Shown: piece after piece, positions 8,055 to 11,525 of the stretch | Numbering within the stretch: position 1 is the first letter of the stretch | How the letters are laid out: each line of letters begins with the position of its first letter | Origin: Gemmatimonadota bacterium | GTDB taxonomy: Bacteria; Gemmatimonadota; Gemmatimonadetes; Gemmatimonadales; GWC2-71-9 | Assembly (NCBI GenBank): GCA_003221005.1 | Contig: QHTZ01000021.1 | Coordinates: forward strand, 1-11,525 | Direction: 5' to 3' | Length of the DNA: 11,525 nucleotides | Notes under the pieces: generated by a model | The model's input: only the letters and a program-made list of their open reading frames with translations | Told to the model about the DNA's origin: nothing | Database searches by the model: none | Position numbers and translations under genes: made by a program

Positions 8055-9913
8055 GGAGCCGGCGCCTCGCCGAGCGCCTGACGGATCTCGTCGGCCGCCG
8101 CGATGGCGTGGTCGACGTCGCGCGACAGGGCCCGCGCCTCCAGCGTCGCGTGCGTCAGGTCGCCGAGCACTGCCGCCACCCCCGCCGATTTCAGTCGCAA
8201 CAGGTCGAAGCGGACGTTCTGCATTGCCAGCCCGCACGATTCGAGTTGCTCTTCCACCTGGCGTCGTCGGTTGAACAAGTCCACCAGCGCCTGACGCTGC
8301 CGCTGGAGCAGACTCAGCTGCCGGTCCCGCTCTGCCCCCCCGGGCTGGCGCTCGCTCGCCGCGATCTTCTCGTCGATCCGGCCGATCGCTCCTTGGTCCA
8401 CGCCACCGCTCATCGAGTGCAGCATCCGCGCGAGGGCCTCTGCGCGCTTGAGCAGCGCGTCCGCCGTCGCCACGACGTCCGGGAGCAGTTTGCGCTCGGA
8501 GCCCGGCAGCTTGTCGACGACGGCGAGGATCGCCTTGCGGTCGCTGCGCGCTTGCTGCACCACGGCGATGTGGCCGCCGAACTCATCCGTGGTGGGAGAC
8601 GGCAGCTCGCGGGCGCGGCCGCCCCCGAGGCGCCCGGCGATCGCGTCCGCCGCCGGCGGGCGGGCCAGCACGTCGCGCCACGAATACCCCGCTTGCCACA
8701 GTCGCACGTAGCGCGGCACCAACTGGAACGCGGCCATGATGCCCGCGACGACGAGCGACCAGCTCGGCGTGTGCCTCCCCGTGACGACGTCCAGGACCAG
8801 CAGCGAGCCGCTCACCGAGGCCCATCTCACGAACGCGGCGCGTGCTTCCCGCACGATCGCGGGCTCGCCGTTCGCGCCCGCAGCCTCAGGAACCTCTCCC
8901 CGGCGCTGGCGGCGGCGTGCCGCGCGATCTGCGTGTCGGCTCCGCGCCTGCAATAGCGGGGGCCGGGGGCCGGGAGCGGGCGGGCGTGGCACCGGCAGCG
9001 CCGCGCCGCGGGCGGGCCAGGCGGCGGAGGCGCGCGCCCGGTTCAACGTGGCGCTCCGCGACTCGAGCGCCCGCCGCAGCGCTTCGGCGGTCGGCCACCG
9101 GTCCTCGGGGTCCTTCTCGAGGCAGCGCATGACTGCGGCGGCCAGGTCTTCTGGGCAGTCCGGGCGCTTCGCCGTAACGAGGGGCGCCCGCTCGGTGATC
9201 TGTTTCATCAGGATGCCCGGGACGGTCGGTGCCTGGAACGGCAGCTCGCCCACGAGCATCTGATACGAGACCACGCCGAGGCTGTAGAGGTCCGAGCGGC
9301 CATCGATCTCTCGATCGCCCGCGGCCTGCTCGGGACTCATGTAGTGCGGGGTGCCGATCGCGACGCCCGTGGCCGTGAGCGTCGCTCCCCCCGTCGTGGA
9401 CGAGAGCGCCTTCGCGATCCCGAAGTCGGTGACGACCACGCGGCCGCGGCTGCCCTCGAGCAGGATGTTGTCGGGCTTCACGTCGCGATGGATGATCCCG
9501 AGCGCGTGTGCGGCCGCGAGGGCGTCGGACGTCTCGATCATGATGCGGCGCGCCTCCTCAGGCGGCAGCCGCCCACGCCGCTTGAGCTTGGCCGCGAGCG
9601 CCTCGCCATCCACGTACGCCATGACGAAGTACACCAGCCGGTCGGGTCCCTCGCCGACCGAGTGGATGGGAACGATGTGAGGATGCGAGAGCCGCGCGGC
9701 CGTCTCCGCCTCGCGCAGGAAGCGCGTGCGGATCTCCTCTCGGAAGGCGAGCTCGGGGGGCAGGACTTTGACCGCGACGCGCCGCTTCAGCCGCTCGTCG
9801 CGGGCGTTGTAGACCACTCCCATTCCTCCGCGGCCGATCTCTCCCTCGAGCGTGTACGCGTCGCCCAGCGCGTGGCTGAGACGATCTGCTAGAGCCTTGT
9901 CGGCTGGGTTCAT
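8051..9913 (-). CDS. Hanks-type Ser/Thr protein kinase with Pro/Arg-rich linker, two TM helices and C-terminal coiled-coil domain, 620 aa
   Basis: IGRGGMGVV, VAVK, FLREAE, HRDVKPDN, DFG, GTPHYMSPEQ and DLYSLG are all intact. Hydrophobic pair FVRWASVSGSLLVLDVVTG / WSLVVAGIMAAFQLVPRYV (aa ~361-403, nt 8833-8705). Amphipathic helical C-terminus. Confidence 0.95.
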   Translation of the reverse strand: MNPADKALADRLSHALGDAYTLEGEIGRGGMGVVYNARDERLKRRVAVKVLPPELAFREEIRTRFLREAETAARLSHPHIVPIHSVGEGPDRLVYFVMAYVDGEALAAKLKRRGRLPPEEARRIMIETSDALAAAHALGIIHRDVKPDNILLEGSRGRVVVTDFGIAKALSSTTGGATLTATGVAIGTPHYMSPEQAAGDREIDGRSDLYSLGVVSYQMLVGELPFQAPTVPGILMKQITERAPLVTAKRPDCPEDLAAAVMRCLEKDPEDRWPTAEALRRALESRSATLNRARASAAWPARGAALPVPRPPAPGPRPPLLQARSRHADRAARRRQRRGEVPEAAGANGEPAIVREARAAFVRWASVSGSLLVLDVVTGRHTPSWSLVVAGIMAAFQLVPRYVRLWQAGYSWRDVLARPPAADAIAGRLGGGRARELPSPTTDEFGGHIAVVQQARSDRKAILAVVDKLPGSERKLLPDVVATADALLKRAEALARMLHSMSGGVDQGAIGRIDEKIAASERQPGGAERDRQLSLLQRQRQALVDLFNRRRQVEEQLESCGLAMQNVRFDLLRLKSAGVAAVLGDLTHATLEARALSRDVDHAIAAADEIRQALGEAPAP

Positions 9914-10001
9914 GAGGATCCGGAGTGACCTCGGCGCATAGATTTAGCCGCTCAGGAACGGCCGGGCAACTGCCAACTGCGTCGGGGTTTGCTCGATCGG
10001 A

Positions 10002-10034
10002 CAGTCGCCGCGGCAGTCGCTGCCTAATTGGCGG
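10002..10034. promoter_or_regulatory. Candidate upstream activator sites: two imperfect CTGCC-N5-GGCAG palindromes
   Basis: CAGTC-GCCGC-GGCAG (10002-10016) and CTGCC-TAATT-GGCGG (10020-10034), centred about 92 and 74 nt upstream of the predicted sigma54 start site. Confidence 0.4.
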
Positions 10035-10074
10035 CTGAGAAAGGGAACGGAACGGGTCCAGCACGGGTTTTTTA

Positions 10075-10090
10075 TGGCACGGGTGATGCT
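10075..10090 (+). promoter_or_regulatory. Sigma54 (RpoN) -24/-12 promoter upstream of lon
   Basis: TGGCACGGGTGATGCT matches TGGCAC-N5-TTGCW with exact GG-N10-GC spacing and one mismatch (ATGC for TTGC). It is intergenic, correctly oriented and 50 nt before the lon ATG. Predicted TSS is about 10101. Confidence 0.75.
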
Positions 10091-10140
10091 TGGGAGCAAC
10101 GTGCAGATGTGCTCCATACCTCATACTTGCGAGCTGGTTC

Positions 10141-11525
10141 ATGACTGAGAAACTGACGCTCCCGGTCCTTCCGCTGCGCGACATCGTACTCTTTCCTGGT
10201 GTCACCGCACCGATCGGAGCCGGCCGTTCGGCCACGCTGCAGGCGATCGAAGCCGCGCTCAAGAGCCCCTCGCGGCGCATCTTCGCCGTGATGCAGCGGG
10301 AGAACGTCGACCTTGTCTCGCCGGCGGGCCTACATCAGTTCGGCACGATCGCACGTATCGGCCAGGTGCAGCGCGGCCTCGGCGGCGTACAGTTGTCGCT
10401 GCACGGCGACGTGCGGGCGACTGCCACGCACTACCACGACGCCGGCGGCTACCTCGAAGCGGATATCCGCGAGGCGGCAGAGCTGCCGCCCCTCAACGCG
10501 GAAGACCCCGCGTTCGTGGGGCTGTACCGCGAAACCCGCCAACGCGCAGCGGAGCTGGGCCAGAAATCGGGCCTCCCCGAGGACGTCGTGAAGCAGGTGC
10601 TCGAAGGCGTGACCGACCCCGGTCGGTTCGCCGACCTCGTGGCGGCGCACCTGGACATCAAGCCCGCCGATCGCCAGGTCCTGCTCGAGGCACTCGGCGT
10701 GGAAGAGCGGCTGCGGCGCGTGTTGGTGCACGCCCAGCGGCAGATCGGCGTGCTCGACGCCCAGGAGGACATCAAGTCACAGGTGCAGGAGGAGCTGGGC
10801 GAGCGCCAGCGCGAGATGCTGTTGCGGGAGCAGCTGAAGGCCATCCGCAAGGAGCTCGGCGAGGAAGGCGAAGCGACGGAGATTGAGGAGCTGCGTAAGC
10901 GGTTTGAGACGATCCAGCTGCCTGAGGCGGCCCGCAAGGAAGTGGATCGCGAGCTGGCGCGCCTCGAGCGCGCAAACCGGGATTCGATGGAAGCGCAGGT
11001 CATCCGGACGTATCTGGAGACCGTGGCCGAGCTGCCGTGGGACAAGCGGTCCGAGGAGTCGCTCGACCTCAAGCGCGCCGCTGAAATCCTCGAGGAGGAT
11101 CACTACGGGCTGAAGGACGTGAAGGATCAGGTGCTGGAGTTCCTGGCGGTGCGTCAGCTGCGCCAGCAGGGGCGGGGGCCGGCCGCGCCGGGCAACGAGG
11201 ACGATAAGCAGCCCAAAGGCCATATCCTGCTCTTCGTCGGCCCGCCGGGCGTCGGGAAGACCTCGATCGCCAAGTCCATCGCGCGTGCGATGGGACGTCC
11301 CTACGTGCGGATTTCGCTCGGTGGCGCGCGCGACGAGGCCGACATCCGGGGTCATCGCCGCACCTACGTGGGCGCGATGCCGGGACGCATCATTCAGGGC
11401 ATGAAGCAGGCAGGAGCGAAGAATCCCGTCTTCCTGTTAGACGAGGTAGACAAGCTCGGGATTTCCTTCCAGGGCGACCCCGCCGCCGCGCTGCTCGAGG
11501 TGTTGGATCCGGCCCAGAACGACTC
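10141..11525 (+). CDS. lon: ATP-dependent Lon protease (endopeptidase La), truncated by the window end
   Basis: Translated by hand, since it is absent from the ORF track: MTEKLTLPVLPLRDIVLFPG (Lon N-domain), QREMLLREQLKAIRKELG, IRTYLETVAELPW, LEEDHYGLKDVKDQVLEFLAV, Walker A GPPGVGKT (11239-11262), DEADIRGHRRTYVGAMPGRIIQG, Walker B FLLDE (11431-11445), GDPAAALLEVLDPAQN. Confidence 0.97.
   Translation, partial: MTEKLTLPVLPLRDIVLFPGVTAPIGAGRSATLQAIEAALKSPSRRIFAVMQRENVDLVSPAGLHQFGTIARIGQVQRGLGGVQLSLHGDVRATATHYHDAGGYLEADIREAAELPPLNAEDPAFVGLYRETRQRAAELGQKSGLPEDVVKQVLEGVTDPGRFADLVAAHLDIKPADRQVLLEALGVEERLRRVLVHAQRQIGVLDAQEDIKSQVQEELGERQREMLLREQLKAIRKELGEEGEATEIEELRKRFETIQLPEAARKEVDRELARLERANRDSMEAQVIRTYLETVAELPWDKRSEESLDLKRAAEILEEDHYGLKDVKDQVLEFLAVRQLRQQGRGPAAPGNEDDKQPKGHILLFVGPPGVGKTSIAKSIARAMGRPYVRISLGGARDEADIRGHRRTYVGAMPGRIIQGMKQAGAKNPVFLLDEVDKLGISFQGDPAAALLEVLDPAQND

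Noticed and set aside
9914-9946. Kinase promoter (AAATCT on the - strand) and a small hairpin hiding GAGGT before its ATG
   Set aside because: The hexamer lacks the first T, the stem is short and bulged, and the SD spacing of 14 nt is long. Too weak to call.
10089-10119. Sigma32-like promoter CTTGGG-N17-CTCCAT upstream of lon
   Set aside because: Poor match to CTTGAA/CCCCAT with a long spacer. The overlapping sigma54 match is much better.
9558-10280. 240-aa minus-strand ORF across the kinase-lon intergenic region
   Set aside because: It overlaps the kinase out of frame and lon antisense, and has no recognisable domain.
10313-11355. Several short ORFs on both strands at the right end
   Set aside because: All are shadows of lon, which the track missed because its stop lies outside the window.
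1-11525. CRISPR arrays, tRNA/rRNA genes, IS elements, att sites
   Set aside because: No regularly spaced repeats, cloverleaf motifs, transposase or integrase ORFs were seen, and almost the entire window is coding.

Overview
GC-rich bacterial window, probably Gemmatimonadota-like (inferred from protein style only). It holds six real genes. Four are tightly packed on the + strand: a secreted TPR protein (55-1239), a secreted S41 carboxyl-terminal protease (1256-2845), a fused E1 alpha/beta 2-oxoacid dehydrogenase (2864-4984), and a ~1026-aa fusion of a duplicated membrane domain, a spermidine-synthase-like domain and a TPR-like tail (4974-8054). Convergent with these is a Hanks-type Ser/Thr kinase with a 2-TM hairpin and a C-terminal helical domain (9913-8051, - strand). 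Divergent from the kinase is Lon protease (10141 to beyond the window end), which is missing from the ORF track and has a good sigma54 -24/-12 promoter. Best candidates for something undescribed: (1) a co-encoded, co-secreted TPR + S41 pair with an identical PLAGQ signal-peptide end, a degenerate PDZ loop and apparently distinct codon usage; (2) the sensor-less kinase-2TM-coiled-coil protein; (3) sigma54/enhancer control of lon; (4) a spermidine-synthase-like domain lacking the aminopropyltransferase residues. No RNA genes, CRISPR arrays or mobile elements were seen. Novelty cannot be confirmed without database searches.
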